Origin: Phaeosaccion multiseriatum
Taxonomy: Eukaryota; Protista; Ochrophyta, other classes
Assembly: GCA_965112735.1 (NCBI GenBank)
Contig: OZ218955.1
Location: 62,001-126,000, forward strand
Length of the DNA: 64,000 bases
Direction: 5' to 3'
Shown: in pieces, positions 16,441 through 39,887 of the stretch
How the letters are laid out: every line of letters begins with the position of its first letter
Position numbering within the stretch: the stretch's first letter is position 1
Translations under genes and position numbers: made by a program
The notes under the pieces: generated by a model
Database searches by the model: none
Told to the model about the DNA's origin: nothing
Seen by the model: only the letters and a program-made list of their open reading frames with translations

Positions 16441-19400
16441 TCACCACAGGACGAAGCTGAGCACGGCATCGGACAGGGCCTTGTCTTGCCGCTGCTGCTC
16501 CTGCTGCTGCTCCAGGGTCTGCGTGTGGGCCTGTTCGCCCCTCAGGTGGGCGAGCAGAGGCAGGATGTAGGGCTGTTGGAAGAGGGGGGCACGATACTAT
16601 ACTTCAGTTTCACTCCAGTTTCGAGCACTGGTCAAGAGCAAACAGCATGCCTGCCCATATGCCTGCCATCTCACCTTTACTACCATATGACTACCATATG
16701 GTCCCAAAGGGCTGACTGGGGACGGCAACATGCGCTGCGTGTGAAGGATGAGAGGGACGCACCCCCAAGAGCTCGTCGCTCACCTCCTCCTGCGACGGCT
16801 GCTGCGGCGGCTGCTGTTGCGGCTGGACAGGTGGCTGCTGCGGCTGGGCCGGTATGTGAGGAGCCAGCGAAGACAGAGAAGACAGCGAAGACGACTGAAG
16901 CAGCCCCGCCTGCCCTCCGCCCACGAGGCCGGCAAGACCGGGGGCCGCGAAGCCGGGCGTACCCACGGGAGGGGTCTGCGCGTGGTTCCCCAACACCCCC
17001 ACGCCTCCCAGGCCGGGGCTCAGCAGCCCCCCTCTGCCGGGGCTGGAGGCGCTGAGGGAGTGCGCTCTCGAGCTACCCACGGGAGAGGCAGACGCAACGC
17101 TGCTGAAGAGTGATTGGGTCCCCCCTGATTGGGTCCCCGCACCCACGGCAGACGGCTGAAGGGGAGACGGGCCCTCGTGTAGGGTGGTGAAGAAAGACGA
17201 CAGCAGGTCGGAGTGTGAGTCTGGGCCCTCCGCCCCCCCCACCGACCCCAATGGCTGCTGCGCTGGCGGGAGGTGCTGCGTTTGGACGTGCAGACCCCCC
17301 TGGTTCAAGCCTCCCAGGCCTCCCAGCGTTCCCTTGTTGACCGCCCCTGCCGCCTCCGTGCTGGACTCATTGCCGCCCTCCCCATCGAGGTTCAGGTACT
17401 TGACCATGTCCACCATCACGAGTTCCTCCTGCAGTTGGTTCTTCAAAGACAGGTCTGGCGTTGACAAAGAGCGCCCTCCTCCTACTCCTGCTGCTGCCGT
17501 TCCCTGGCTTGGGGGGGGCGGCAACAGAGCGGCGGCGAGCGCACCCACGCCCATGCCCACTCCCTCTCCCACTCCTGGAGGGGGGCTGACACTGACACCC
17601 TTCGGGTTAGGGTCTATACCCTTCTTCTTGCCAATTGGCTGGCGCGGCGGCTGGTGCTGGTGCTGATGCGGATGCTGTGCCTGCGGCTTCGGGGGGGCCA
17701 CCGGGGAAGCGGCTACGAGAGAGACAGGCAGGAGAACGGCAGGCAGGCAAGGGGCCACAACACAAGTACACATGAGATGAGCTTCAGCCTTCCTTCCCAC
17801 TTGGGGGGGGGTCCTCCTCCTCCTGCCATCCATCCATCGAACGATACACAAGGGCGGTGCGGGCACTTGCTCAGGTGCGGGCAGGCACTTGTCCAACCCA
17901 ACCTTGCAGCCCCCCCCCCCCCGTCACTCACTCACCCTTGGCCGGCTGCTGTGGGGCCGTGAAGACCACCTGGCCGCCGCAGTAGGCACAGAAGCGAGCA
18001 GCGGCGGAAACCACGACTGCCCCGCAGGACGGGCAGTACTTGGCAGCGGCCGAGGAGGATGAGGGCGCCTCTCTCTTCTCTGATTGCTGTACCACCAATG
18101 GTTGGGGTTGCGGCTGCGGCTGCTGGTGCGAGCTCATCGGATACTGTGCAAGAGCAGAGGAGCAATGGCGTGTCAAGGCACACATACATACACATGCAGA
18201 GGAGCAATGGCGTGTCAAGGCACACATACATACACATGCGGGGAGGTACGTTTGGGGCAGGGGAGGGGAGGGCATTCATTCGTCCAACGCGCGTAAGCAA
18301 AGCAAGCAAAGGAGGCATGCAACCACAGTCGGTGGTCCGTCATCGGCAGCGTAGTCGGCAGCATCATTTGTAGCAGTGCAGTGCAGTGCAGTGCAGTGCA
18401 GTGGTCAGTAAGCGGGAGGAAGCAAAAGGGACAAGCACAGGCCCCCACAGGTCCGCACCTGCGAGGAAGCCTTCACGGCGGCCGGTGACACACTCTGCGA
18501 GCCCCCCTGGGAGGCGGCCATACGGCCCCCCCTCAGCATCCCAGTCGTGCTAGCGAGATGGTGCTGCGCCAACTGCTGCCCCTGCTGCCCCTTACGCTGC
18601 TGCTGCTGCTGCTGCTGCTGCTGGGCTGCTTGCAGCTTTTGCTTGGCCAAGCGCTGCTGAATCAATAACTGCTGCTGCTGCTGTTGTTGCTTCTGCTTTG
18701 CGAGGAGAGCCGCCTGTGCCTGTGCCTGTGCCTGAGCCTTTTGCTGCGCGGCGAGTATCTCAGCCTGTCGCCTCTTCTCAGCGGCTTCGGCCTCCATGGC
18801 TGCCAAGAGAGAGCACAGCACAGACCAGGACCACCGCAAAGCATCATAAGGGGGGGAGGGGGGCACACAGGGATGTATGTGTTAGAGCTCATGAGCTGAT
18901 GGCACACAGGGATGTGTTAGAGCTTATGAGCTGATGGCACACAGGAATGTGTTAGAGCTCATGAGCTGATGGCACACAGGGATGTGTTAGAGCTCATGAG
19001 CTGATGGCACACAGGGATGTGTTAGAGCTCATGAGCTGATGGCACACAGGGATGTGTTAGAGCTCATGAGCTGATGGCACACAGGGATGTGTTAGAGCTC
19101 ATGAGCTGATGGCACACAGGGATGTGTTAGAGCTCATGAGCTGATGGCACACAGGGATGTGTTAGAGCTCATGAGCTGATGGCACACAGGGATGTGTTAG
19201 AGCTTATGAGCTGATGGCACACAGGGATGTGTTAGAGCTCATGAGCTGATGGCACACAGGGATGTGTTAGAGCTCATGAGCTGATGGCACACAGGGATGT
19301 CAGTATGTTGCAAGTGTGTCGTAAGTAAAGCGTTAAGCAGGTCAGCGACAAAGGGGCCGAGTACCGTAAGTAGCTGTACAGCACTTCGATGTACCTGCTA

Positions 19401-22400
19401 AAGCCGTCGCTGCCCTCCGCTCCTTCTGCTTCTGCTTTTTCGCTTTCGCCTTCGCCTCCTGACAGCCACACCCCCCGCACACACACACACACACACACAC
19501 ACAGGGGTAAGCAGGGAAAGCCGCGAAGCAAGCAACTGGGCTGTAGCGGGGGGGGGGGCGCGAGGGATGGGATGCGAGCATTTCGCTTTGAGGAAGCGCC
19601 AAAGCACAGAAGGAATGGAGTGTGAAGCACATGGGGTCACACCTCCCCCCTTCTAAGTCCATAAATGGCCCCTCCCCCCCTCCTCTTTCTTTTGCCTCAC
19701 CGCTTGTCTCTTCTTTTCCCTCTCCTGCTCCTGCTTCTGCAGCACCAACTGCTGCTGTTGTAGTATCAACTGCGCCGCCCGCCGCTCCTCCTCCTGTAAG
19801 CACAGCGCGCGTCAATGCGTCCATCAGCAGCGAGAGTTCGGTTGTCAGCAGCTAATGAGTTTCAATTTGTCAGCCCAAGAGCACTGCCCACTGCCCACAC
19901 AGTACGCCCTGGTGCACCCACATGCATACCCATACGCCTCCACCCCTCACCTGCTCTTTCCAGTTCGCCTCCTCCCTCTCCCTCTCCTCGGCATCTCGCT
20001 GGGCCTTGCGCTGCTTCTCCTCCATATTGCGTGCCTCCGCCCTCTCCTGCTTCACCCGTCGCTCGGCCAGCTTGTCCTCCTTCATCACACAGGAGGGATG
20101 GACATTTGAGAGGAGAGAGAGAAGGGAGATTTGAGAGGGGAGAGAGAGAAGGGAAGGGAGAGAGATGGCATGGGACAGCCAGCCCTGTGAGTGGACGAAA
20201 CTCGGTACTCGACACTCGCAGCTTCACGCAGTACCGCTACCGTTACACGTACACACAGGGTACCACGCATGTTGGTGCTCCACCACGCCTTGCCCCGTCC
20301 TCCTCCCTCCTCCTCCTCCACCAGTCCCTTTAGGTAGCGCAATTAGCAAACCACGCACACACCTCGATTTGCTCCTGTTTCCGCTTGGCGTCCTCCTTCC
20401 TCTTCTTTTGCTTGTCCTTCTTCTTCTTGTTGCGGTTCCTCCTGCCTGCCTCTCCCCCCTCGCCCCCCTCCTCCTCTGCCTCCAGGTCAGCCAGCAGCGC
20501 CGCTTCGTGCTTTCGAGCGTCAACTTCCAATCGCCAGGCCTGAGTGAGTGGTGAGTGCGGGTGAAGAGGAGGCATAGCGATCGGTTCAAGGGGCCTTTTG
20601 GTTGTCCACCTCTATCTACCTTTCATGTCGATGTCGACATTGCAGATCCACGCTGCCCCTTGCGCACCACCTGCATCACCCTCCGCAAGGCCCTGAGCAC
20701 AAACCCTCTCTTTGTTCCTTTATGCCTGCCAATATGCCTGCCCATATGCCTGCCCATATGCCTCACCTCGACGACGCGGCAGTGCGCCCAACTGTCAAGC
20801 CTGTCACCGAGGATCTGGAAGCCATGCGAAGCCTGAAACAGGGGGGGTCACAGACGGCCACAGGAAGCACCAATGGGGGCACGTTACAAACACACACTGA
20901 CTCAGTGGCAAACGCTTCGCTTCGACAGAACGGACACGCGCACGCCTCCCTCCCTCCGCAAGATGAGATGAAAACACTTCGCGATATGATATGGGTAGTG
21001 CAAGCACTGCTTGGCACTTCGGAGGAGTGCTTTTCCCCTCCCTCTGCGTAAAGTTGATCCCATCCCCAGGCAAAGAGCAGTGCACAACGGCATTTGCCAC
21101 GAAACCAAACAGGCCAGCGGACAGACAGACCTACCTACATGCTCCAGCCACACCAACAGACAGACAGACCCACATGCTCCAGCCACACCAACAGACAGAC
21201 AGACAGACAGACCCACATGCTCCAGCCACACCAACAGACAGACAGACCAACATGCTCCAGCCACACCAACAGACAGACAGACCCACATGCTCCAGCCACA
21301 CCAACAGACAGACAGACAGACAGACCCACATGCTCCAGCCACACCAACAGGAGGGATGAGTTGACAAAGAGTGAGTTAAGTTGACTCACCTCGAAGGTGC
21401 CGATGACGGTGGGGGGCGGGGGGGAGCTTGAGGAGGAGGAGGAGTCGCCCTTCTTCGCCCCAGAGCCGCCAGCCCCGCCTGCCGCCCCTGAGGCCAGTGA
21501 GGCAGTGACGCCAGTAAGGCAGTGAGGGAGGCGAGCAGAGAGACTCCCAACAATACCCAACAATACCCAACAATAGCCAACAATACCCAACAATACGCAA
21601 CAATACCCAACAATACCTAACAATACCCAACAATACCTAACAATACCCAACAATACCCAACAATACCCAACAATACCAAGCTCACAGCCTTCTCTTTGGC
21701 TCTGCAGACCACTCAGACATGACTCACGCCACCCATAGGACTCACACATGACTCACGCCACCCATAGGACTCACACATGACTCACGCCACCCATATGACT
21801 CACACATGACTCACGCCACCCTTATCCCCCTCAACCATCGCTCTCTATATCTCTCGCCACTCACCCCACCCACACACCCCACTTACACCTCAGTGTCTTA
21901 CTGCACCTCAGTGACATACTGCACCTCAGTGACTTACTGCACCTCAGTGACTTACTGCACCCCACTTGCACCTCACTGACTTACACCTCAGTGACTTATT
22001 GCACCTCAGTGACTTACTGCACCTCACTTACACCACATACACTTACCGCCCGCAGAAGTGACGGAGTGCCCGAAGAGAAGGTCGCCAACAAACTGCCGGT
22101 TCTTGTCCTATAGAGGAGCAAGAGGAGGAGGAGGTGGAGCAGGAGGAAGAGCGAAAAAGGCGCGTCAGATGCACGCAGAGTCATAAGGAAAGACTGGCGA
22201 GGATGGCACGACGACCAAGCCTCTACACACACGCACACACACACAAAAGGCCCAACCCTATGCCCCTTTGCTGCTGCTGCTCCTGCTGCCGCTGCTGCTG
22301 CTGCTGCTATACCACCACCTGTGTGAACACCTGGCTTTCTCTGCTCCTTTTCTTGCCCCCCTGCCCCACCTGCTCCCCCTGGTTCTGCTCCACCGTGTCG

Positions 22401-25315
22401 CCCAAGGTCCGGCTGATGCCGATGAGCTGACCACTCCTGAAGCCCATGTTCTCCAGAGAGCGGCGGTCCTCCTCCACGCCCCTGGGGATGGGCTTGCCTC
22501 GCAGCACAAGCACCAGGGCATCCACACCCTCCAGGCACACCTGCGGGGAGGGAAGGGTGGGCAGAGGGCAGAGGGAGAGTAGAGGGCAGGGGGCGAGGGC
22601 GCGGAATCGAAAGTGAGAGGGAAAGAGGCCTGCGTAAGGCTGTCGCGCACCCGTAGTTAGAGGCATACGGGTCAAGCCAGGCCCCGCTGGTTAGAGGCAT
22701 ATGGTCAAGCCCTCCCCTCACCTCTGCGGCCATGAGCTTCCTGAGCACCCCCATGGGCATGCTCTTGCTCAGCAGCAAGTTGAACTTGCGAACGGGACGC
22801 GGGTACGTCAGCATGTCCACGAAACGCAAATCCACCTTGTCGGGGGGGGGGGGATGGCAGCGGATGGGTGGGACGAGGGGGGGGGGATGTGAGCTCCGAT
22901 ACAAGGACAACGAGCTAAGTGACGCCCCCCAGTGCACATGAGATGGCAGCAGACCGCAGCACTCAACCCTCCACCTCCCAACACGCACCTTCGAGGAGCA
23001 AACGCAGGCAGCCCGGGCGGTATGCGCCAGCACCGTTTCCTCGTCAAGCGCAGACAGGGCGCGCATGGAGCGGTCCAGAGAGGCGGACTGACAGAGCTCA
23101 ATGTGCCCTCCGTGCATCTCCAGAAACAGCCCGTCGTCGGACGAGGGCCCCGAGGGGAAGCCGGAGGGGGGGGACGTCTCTCTGGAGGTGTCTCTCCTCC
23201 CCCCTCGCTGCTTGCTTAGGGTCACTATTGTGCCGTCGGCACCCTTCCCTCCCGGCCGGGCTTCTTCCGCGTCTGCATCGAACACCGCCCCTTGGGTCCC
23301 CCCCCCTTGGGGTATATCGCCACCGCCACTTCCATGACTGCTACTACTGCTGCTACTGCTGCTACTGCTTCTGTCGCCTCTTCCTCTACCACCCCCGCTC
23401 CCGCTTCCTGTGGGCCACAAGACAGAGGGGCGTGAGTCACCAACAGCAACAGCAACAGCAACACTAGATACAAAGACGGAGAGACGGAGCATCAGATTGG
23501 GCATACGATGAAGCCCGATGTATCCATGGAGGCCAAGGCGATATGACATCCATGGATAAGACACGCGTAATACACGAAGAACGAAGGCCCCACCTGAGCT
23601 CCCGTGCCCTCCTTCCCCCCCCTGCTGCTCGCCCCCTCCTGGGCCGTTGCCTGTGCCTGGGCCCTGCCCGTGCTTTCCCTTCCCCCCGCCCCCCCAGCGC
23701 AGCAGAGTGAGGTACGCGTCTTCTCTAAGCCTGCGGAAGTAAGGCAGCTCCGAGTCTTCTGGAGGCGTCGCGTCTGGGGGTTGGAGAGGGAGGGTGACAA
23801 GTGAGAAGGGCATTGGTCGTGTTTGCTGCCATCTGCACGGGGGTTCCGAGCTTGAAGGTCAGAGCATGTGGTAGATAGAAGAGAGAGAAGCGGGCAAGCA
23901 CATGTGTGGGACTCAAGGAAGAAAACGAGCCTCCCTCCATAGCCTTCTCTAATCATCTCTCTCTCTCCCTCTCTCCGCTCCGCACCTGTCCACCGTTTAT
24001 ATGCCATCCCGGCCGCCGCCCCCGCTGCTTGCACGTCAATGCCTCGAGTATCCGGCTCCCCGGCAGGAGGCGGTCTCACCCCCTCCGCCTTCTCCAGCAA
24101 CCGCGTGGGCGTGAGCTGCAGTGCCAAGCGTTTGTTGGCGCTGGCCTTGTTGGATTCAATCTCTGTGGGGACAGGGGGTGGGGGCGGAGGGAGAGAGAGG
24201 AGGAGGGGATGGTGAGGAGAGAAGGAGAGGAAGGACGCGACCATCTAGGTGAGATGCCCTGCCCTTGACAAGGAGGGGCGCTTATGCAGGGCCGTGAACG
24301 AATGAGTTGTGAGCGGGCGGGGTACTCTTCTGCCATCGCCAGGCACACCACCTCATGCAGAACTCCCATCTACTGCCTTTCGGTTGGCTCTTCCCTCTCC
24401 GCCTCACTCCTCGCCCCCTCGACGTACCTCCCTCCATGAAGCTGATGGCGCAAGAGAGGAGGCGCTTGCAGCTCGTGCAGGGCACATTGCTGAGCGCTTC
24501 TTCAGGGGTGAAGATCAGTAGCGCCTCCTTCTGGCGGCGATCTAGGCAGTCCCAGAATTGCGCCAAGCGGAACTCGGACTTCCCCGTCCCCTGCTCCCCC
24601 CTCGTCATCTTGGCGTGCCCCCTTCGAAGGTCCCTCCCTCCCTTTGCTCCCCGTGGCGTGGGCCTACCAGGCTAAGAGATGCTCTCAACAGTCACGGAGG
24701 GAGCTTCCGCTGCCACTGACAACTTCAACCTAATCCACACGAGAACCTCCTCCAGAGGCACCAATGGATGTCCTTCGCCGCCTCCTTCTATACAGTTGAG
24801 GGGACTCAGGAGGGGCCGACATACCCCCTTGGGGGCCTTGTTGGACGCCCGAGCTGCCACTGCAAATTCCAATTTCAAATTCCCTTCTCCTCCCTCCTTC
24901 CAACATAGCGCAGCCTTGGAGGACATCAAAGGACGTCTGAGGGATCAGGACCTCTGGGTTGTGTCCTCTTGCAAGCTACTGTACATCTCATTCAGCGGAT
25001 TTCGAAGAAGGGAGACAGTTTGGGCCGCAAAATCCACCTCTGGGAGGGAGGGGAAGGGAAGGCGAAGAGGGAGAGGGAAGGACAGGCATCAGCGATGGTG
25101 CTGTGCACAGGAGAGGAGCAATAGGGCCCTGCCTCTTGACCCCCTAGGGAGGGAGTGAGGGGAGGAAGGGCCGTCGACCCAGTCCGGCAGCAGCTGCAGC
25201 AGAGCGTCTGTCCACCATGGGGGATCAAGCCGATCCGGTTGCCCGGATGATGGGCTACCAGGCAGACGACGGAGACTACCCAAAGTGAGAAAGGAGCAGG
25301 GCCATGGTGTAGCAT
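16441..25315 (-). CDS. Large multi-exon coiled-coil protein, NST1/GGNBP2-like, with ubiquitin-like and zinc-ribbon segments
   Basis: LAQFWDCLDRRQKEALLIF...PCTSC (~24480-24570); predicted ALRRVMQ|AWRLEVDARKHEAALLADLEAEE...KKKKDKQKKRK; UBL-like exons (~22400-22835); KYCPSCG...FCAYCG (~17975-18040); Q/P-rich tail. Both ends are uncertain. Confidence 0.55.
18862..19300. repeat. Intronic 35-bp minisatellite, about 12 copies
   Basis: Unit GATGGCACACAGGGATGTGTTAGAGCTCATGAGCT with the palindrome AGCTCATGAGCT; no spacers. Confidence 0.95.
21120..22045. repeat. Cluster of four different intronic tandem arrays
   Basis: (ACAG)n+CCACATGCTCCAGCCACACCA at 21120-21350; 10-bp CAATACCCAA at 21546-21678; ~30-bp CATGACTCACGCCACCC... 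at 21715-21820; 18-bp GACTTACTGCACCTCAGT at 21880-22045. Confidence 0.9.
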
Positions 25316-25455
25316 GGCCCTGTGGGTGGGTCAGGGGAGCGGAGCTGGCGTGGTGTCGCTAGTGGGGGCTACTGGGGGGCTACACGTGTAGTTGCTGTAC
25401 TGAAACAAAATGTCAAGCGTCTGGCCTGGTTGCAGCATATCTGAGCCAAGGCCCA

Positions 25456-34714
<9,259 letters not shown>

Positions 34715-35304
34715 TACTACCCATAACCATACAAGGGAGATTTAGGGACCTTCTGAATATCGAACTCCATTCGAAGTACAATCTCTGTAGGGAGGCCTAA
34801 TACGGAGTGCTTAGACAAGCAGGGAGGGCAGGGAGGGCAGGAAGGGGACCTGGAGGGGACCTGGAGGGGAGGGGAGGGGAAGGGAGGGGCCGCGGCTGAC
34901 AGACTGACAGACTGACACCGAAGAATGACGATAGAGCAGTACGGACTGGGGGCTTTGGGCTTTGGGCGCTAGAAATAGGCCGGAGTGACCGGAGTGAATT
35001 CATTGAGTGTCAAGCTAAGCTGGTAACTACCATCGTTATGCGATTGATACGACAAGTGACACGCATGTTGTGGCGTCTTGCTTCCCTACTTGGTTCCCGT
35101 AGGTCAAAGGTCAAAGCAGTTACTGAAAAGTCCCGCTGCCCGCTCCGCCCCTGTCTCTGTCTCGCCTACTGGGGTGGTGGGGCGGTCTCCTCCGCCGTCG
35201 CGAAGTCACTCACTCACTCACTCACTCACTCAGTCACTCAGTCACTCGACTATGCTGCCGTCTCCTGCCATCTGCCTCTTTAGCGCACAGAGCGCCCCCT
35301 CCGG

Positions 35305-35797
35305 GTCCTCTGCTTGCACTGGCTGGCAGTCCTCTGCTTGCACTGGCTGGCAGTCCTCTGCTTGCACAGGCTGGCAGTCCTCTGCTTGCACTGGCTGGCA
35401 GTCCTCTGCTGGCACTGGCTGGCAGTCCTCTGCTTGCACTCTTCACTGGCTGGCAGTCCTCTGCTTGCACTGGCTGGCAGTCCTCTGCTTGCACTGGCTG
35501 GCAGTCCTCTGCTTGCACAGGCTGGCAGTCCTCTGCTTGCACTGGCTGGCAGTCCTCTGCTTGCACTGGCTGGCAGTCCTCTGCTTGCACTCGCTGGCAG
35601 TCCTCTGCTTGCACTCTTCACTGGCTGGCAGTCCTCTGCTTGCACTGGCTGGCAGTCCTCTGCTTGCACTGGCTGGCAGTCCTCTGCTTGCACAGGCTGG
35701 CAGTCCTCTGCTTGCACTGGCTGGCAGTCCTCTGCTTGCACTGGCTGGCAGTCCTCTGCTTGCACAGGCTGGCAGTCCTCTGCTGGCACTGGCTGGC
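35305..35797. repeat. 24-bp minisatellite TCCTCTGCTTGCACTGGCTGGCAG, about 20 copies
   Basis: Directly visible, with periodic variant units (CACAGG, CACTCTTCAC). Confidence 0.95.
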
Positions 35798-36548
35798 AAG
35801 GGCTGGGCCATCCATCATGGGCCATCCATTACGGGCCATCCATTACGGGCTGGGCCATAGGCATCCCCTACTCACCCATTCCTACGCAGGGGACTGAAGA
35901 ACGACGCCTTTGCATAGTTGGGCCTCGGCTTATTGGGGTGCAAGAGCTTTAGAAGCGGCGGGAGTGTCTTGGCTCTGTTGCCTGCCTCCCCCGCCCGACC
36001 CCTCCAAGCCATTGAAAGAGGATGCCGGTGGATGGCAGCCAACGGGTCGGCTCAAGGTGCCATGGGAAGCAGCCATGTCAAGCAGCCATGTCAAGCAGCC
36101 ATGTCAAGCACAGCCACCACCACCCCCCCGGGATGACCTCCGCCTTCCTCTCCTCTGCTTCACCCCTCCCTCCTCCCCCTCAGATGCTCTGAGAGGCCCT
36201 GACTCCCCTGTGCCTGGCACCGAAGAGGCGCGCAGGCGGCAGGCGGTAGTTGGGTTCGGTGGTCTGTGTTGGGTGTCGTCCACCATGAGGGTTCGCTGCC
36301 CCGCTGCTGTAATGGGAGGATGGGAGCAAGGGAGAGAGGGGGGCGTACGAGAAGGAAAGGAGAGTCCAGCCGTCCTAAAAACGCACAGCTCTCGTCCAGC
36401 CTTCAGCATTCAGCAGCTACTTTGCTCTCTCCTCTCCTGCCTCTACAGGCGTATGGGCATAGCGTAGCGCTGCTCCCTCCTGTTCCCCAGCCCCGCCAAG
36501 CTCTGCTGTTGAAGCCGTCGCGCTGTGTCACCCTAGGTGTGTCACCCT

Positions 36549-39500
36549 CTACCCTAGGCCGTCGACGACTCTTTTCGACGTATCCGTATTCGCGTCCACA
36601 CTGCGGTGTTCCGTGTCTGTGAATCCCTCTCGGTCCTTCATATTCACCCCCACCTCTCCTATTCCCTGGCCCTCTTCCTCGCCCTCCTCTCCTACCTCTC
36701 CCTTTCCCTCCTCCTTGTCTTCCTGCCCCCCCTGGTCGCTATCTTCATCTTTCCCCTCCTCCTCGCAGGGGCTCGATACCTCCCCGCGCCGTCTCCTCTC
36801 CTCCCCGCTCTCCGAACCGCTTTGCCGGAGTTTCGCCCCTTCCTCATGTTGTACTCCGACTGCCTCTCGTTTGACGCCTTTGCTGTGCCCATCGTCCGCC
36901 GATGTTCTGCGCCAGCCCCGCAGCCAACCCCCCCCCCCCCCTCCTACTCGCTTCCCTCCCTCCTCCTCTTTTGGCACAGCCTCCTTAGCACTACCCAGCT
37001 CAGTGCCTTGAGAAGCACTGGGGAAGGCTCCAATGCTTACGTCAGGGCCTTGAGCAGGCCTATTTTCTGAAGCCTCAGCCTCAGACTGTCCCGCCTGACC
37101 CTCAGTCTCACTGCCCTCTATCCAGTTGCCTATGTCGTCTTGTGCCGCCACCGCCGCCGCCGCCGCTGCTGCTGCTGCTCGACTGTGCTCCTCGCCCTCC
37201 CCCTCGCCCTCCCCTTCCCCCTCCCCCTCCTGCTCCTCCTCCTCCTCCTCGTCCTCCTTCTCTCCTCCCCCCTGCTCCAGCCCTAAGCGATGCTGCGCGT
37301 CTAGCTCTACACCAAGCTCCACATTGTGCTGCTCAGACCCCCACTCCCCTTGTGCTTCACTCACTTCCTCAATCCCCGCCACCTCCCCAATGTCTGTCAT
37401 CACCTTCTCCCCCTCGTCCGCTCGGAAACCCTCGTCTGCCTCTGTGTCCTCTCTGGGGCTTGTCTCATCGCTGCTGGCGACGAGTGGATCACCAACTGGA
37501 GACGATGGCGACGAGTGTGTCACATTAGCGGCCGCCGATCCCCTCCAGACCTTGCTGATCCACCACCCCTCCTCGGCATCCTGATCAGTTGGTGATTCAG
37601 CAGCAGCAGCATTGGCGACAGCGGCATCTGAGTCTGGAGGCGCCTCCTCGGCCCTCCCCGCCACGTCCTCCTCCACCGCAAAACTGCCCTCTCCTGCTCC
37701 TTCTCCTGCTCCTCCTGCCGCTGCTGTTGCCGTATCACCAACTGTTGCTGCTGCATCGCCACCAGCTGCATCGCCGTCCGCTTCTGCGACCTCTGCCACT
37801 GCTGCCTCCGCCTCTGCCACTGCTGCCTCCGCCTCTGCCACTGCTGCCTCCGCCTCTGCTACTGCTGCCTCTGCCGATTCTGCCCCAGAGGGGTGGGGCA
37901 GCACAGCCGGACCGCGGCGGAACCACTTCCTCCCCGCTGCTGCCTGGGCTGCCTGCGCCGCGTGAGCCGCTGCCTCCTCTGCCCTTACTATTTCCTCCAA
38001 CGCCCTCGCCTTGGCCACGGCCTCTTCAAGCTCCTGCCTCACCCTCTCCTCCGCCTCCTCCGCCTCCCGCTGGCGACGCAAGTTCCTCTTGCCTCTGAAG
38101 TCGAACCACCACAACCTTCTGCTGGCCTCGGACAGCGCCGCTTGCCTCCGCCTCTCTTGGTCCGCCGCCTGCTGTATCACCAACTGCCCCCCTGCATGCT
38201 GCGCACTCCTTCCCTGCCTCCCACTGGGAGTCCTGCTATACCAGTGCGCCCTCCTCTCTCCACCCCCCTCCTCCTCCTCCTCCTCCTCCTCATCATCATC
38301 ATCATCCTCCTCCTCCGCCCCCCCATCCTTCCCTCGCCACAGACGGTGCCAGAGGGACGTATTTGGTCTGAGGCCAATCTTAAACTCAAACTCCACCCGC
38401 TCTGAAGTGGGCCCGCTCTTGCGAGTCCACACTGACTTGTGACTGGGCAGCAGCGATGACAAGTTCCAACCCGGAGCCCCTCCTCCCGGCTTCCCCTTCT
38501 CGGCCTCGCCTTTCCCTACTGCGTCAGGGCCAGTGAGGTACTGGTTGGGATGGTAGTGGATGGGATAGGCAGTCGCGGCACAGCAATGGTAGATGGCAGT
38601 GGATGGGCAGCAGGTTAGGAGGGTACAAGTCGACTACACACACCTATGCCTCCACCCCCCACCTTCTTGCTGAAGTAGCCGTGCCTGCCCGTGAGCTTCG
38701 CCACTCTCTTTCGCAAGGAGCGGCTCGATCCACTGGACACACTCAACAGGGAGTCCATCATGGCGTTGAGCGAGAGAGAGTCCATGACCGAGTAGGCATA
38801 GTACACAAGAGGGACCAGGGTCCCGCCGCTTTGCCGCAGCATGTCCGCCTGAGGGAGGGAGAGGGGGAAGAGCCCTTGGCGTCAGTTCCTCCGTACGTGG
38901 TGTCAGTCGGTCAGTCGGTCGGTCAGTCAGTCAGTCAGTCAGTCAGTCGGTCAGTCAGTAAGTCCGTCAGTCGGTTACACGAGAAGGACCGCTTACGCGT
39001 TTCCGTTCGAACTTTCAGCGGTCCCCTCTGCCTCCCTCCTCCCTCCCGCCCAGCCTACCTCTCTTCTGAGGGCGAATCTGTACGTGGGCCCCTCCAGTGA
39101 GTGATCAATCAGGGGGTTCTGTGCCAGCCCGTGCATGAACACAAACGTCGTGTTGTGCTTTGCGTACAGCACCTTTCAAGGAGGGGGGGATGGCAGTGGA
39201 TGGGCAGGGGAGGGGAAGGCACAAAGGTCAAAGCGCTGACCCCATGAATGGTCAAAATGCTTTATTCCGTCATCTTTGTCTTGTCTTATTCCGTGGTCTG
39301 TCCCATGGCCCCCTCCCCACGGCTGTGCCAACACATGACCGTGACTGCTCGACTGTGCCACACCACACGCTGAGCTGTGACTCACCTCCTGCAGAGTGGT
39401 GTTGGTGGTGGCGTCCATGAGGGACGCCGAGCGCCGGTCCACCTTCACCACGGGGTCGTTCCTGGCAGAAGCATTGGTTGGTCAGTTGGTGGTACAGCAG

Positions 39501-39856
39501 CAGCACCGTCACCGTCACCAACTGCAGCTACATGTACACATACTAGGTACGCACATACGCAAATGTACACTCGTACCACCAACACCCTTACCTGGCGTAG
39601 TAGTTGACGACCCTCCCTTGGAAGTACTTCCTGGTGATGGAGCGTGCCCCTCCGAAGGTCGCCACGTCTATTCGGTCGGTCTCCTCTCGCCGCAGGTGGT
39701 GCTTCGCCGCCAGGTACGTCATCAGTGCGCCGCCTGGGGGGGGGGGAGAGGGGGAGAGGGGGTGAGGGGGGGGGGGGGGGAGAGGGGGGGAGAGTCCGCT
39801 TCCTCCTTTGCGCATGAGAGAGACAGCGACAGAGACAGAGACAGAGAGAGAGAGGT

Positions 39857-39887
<31 letters not shown>

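Noticed and set aside
18862-19300. 35-bp palindromic repeats (and the 55-bp and 46-bp arrays) as CRISPR arrays
   Set aside because: Units are contiguous with no unique spacers, there are no cas genes, and the context is eukaryotic and mostly intronic.
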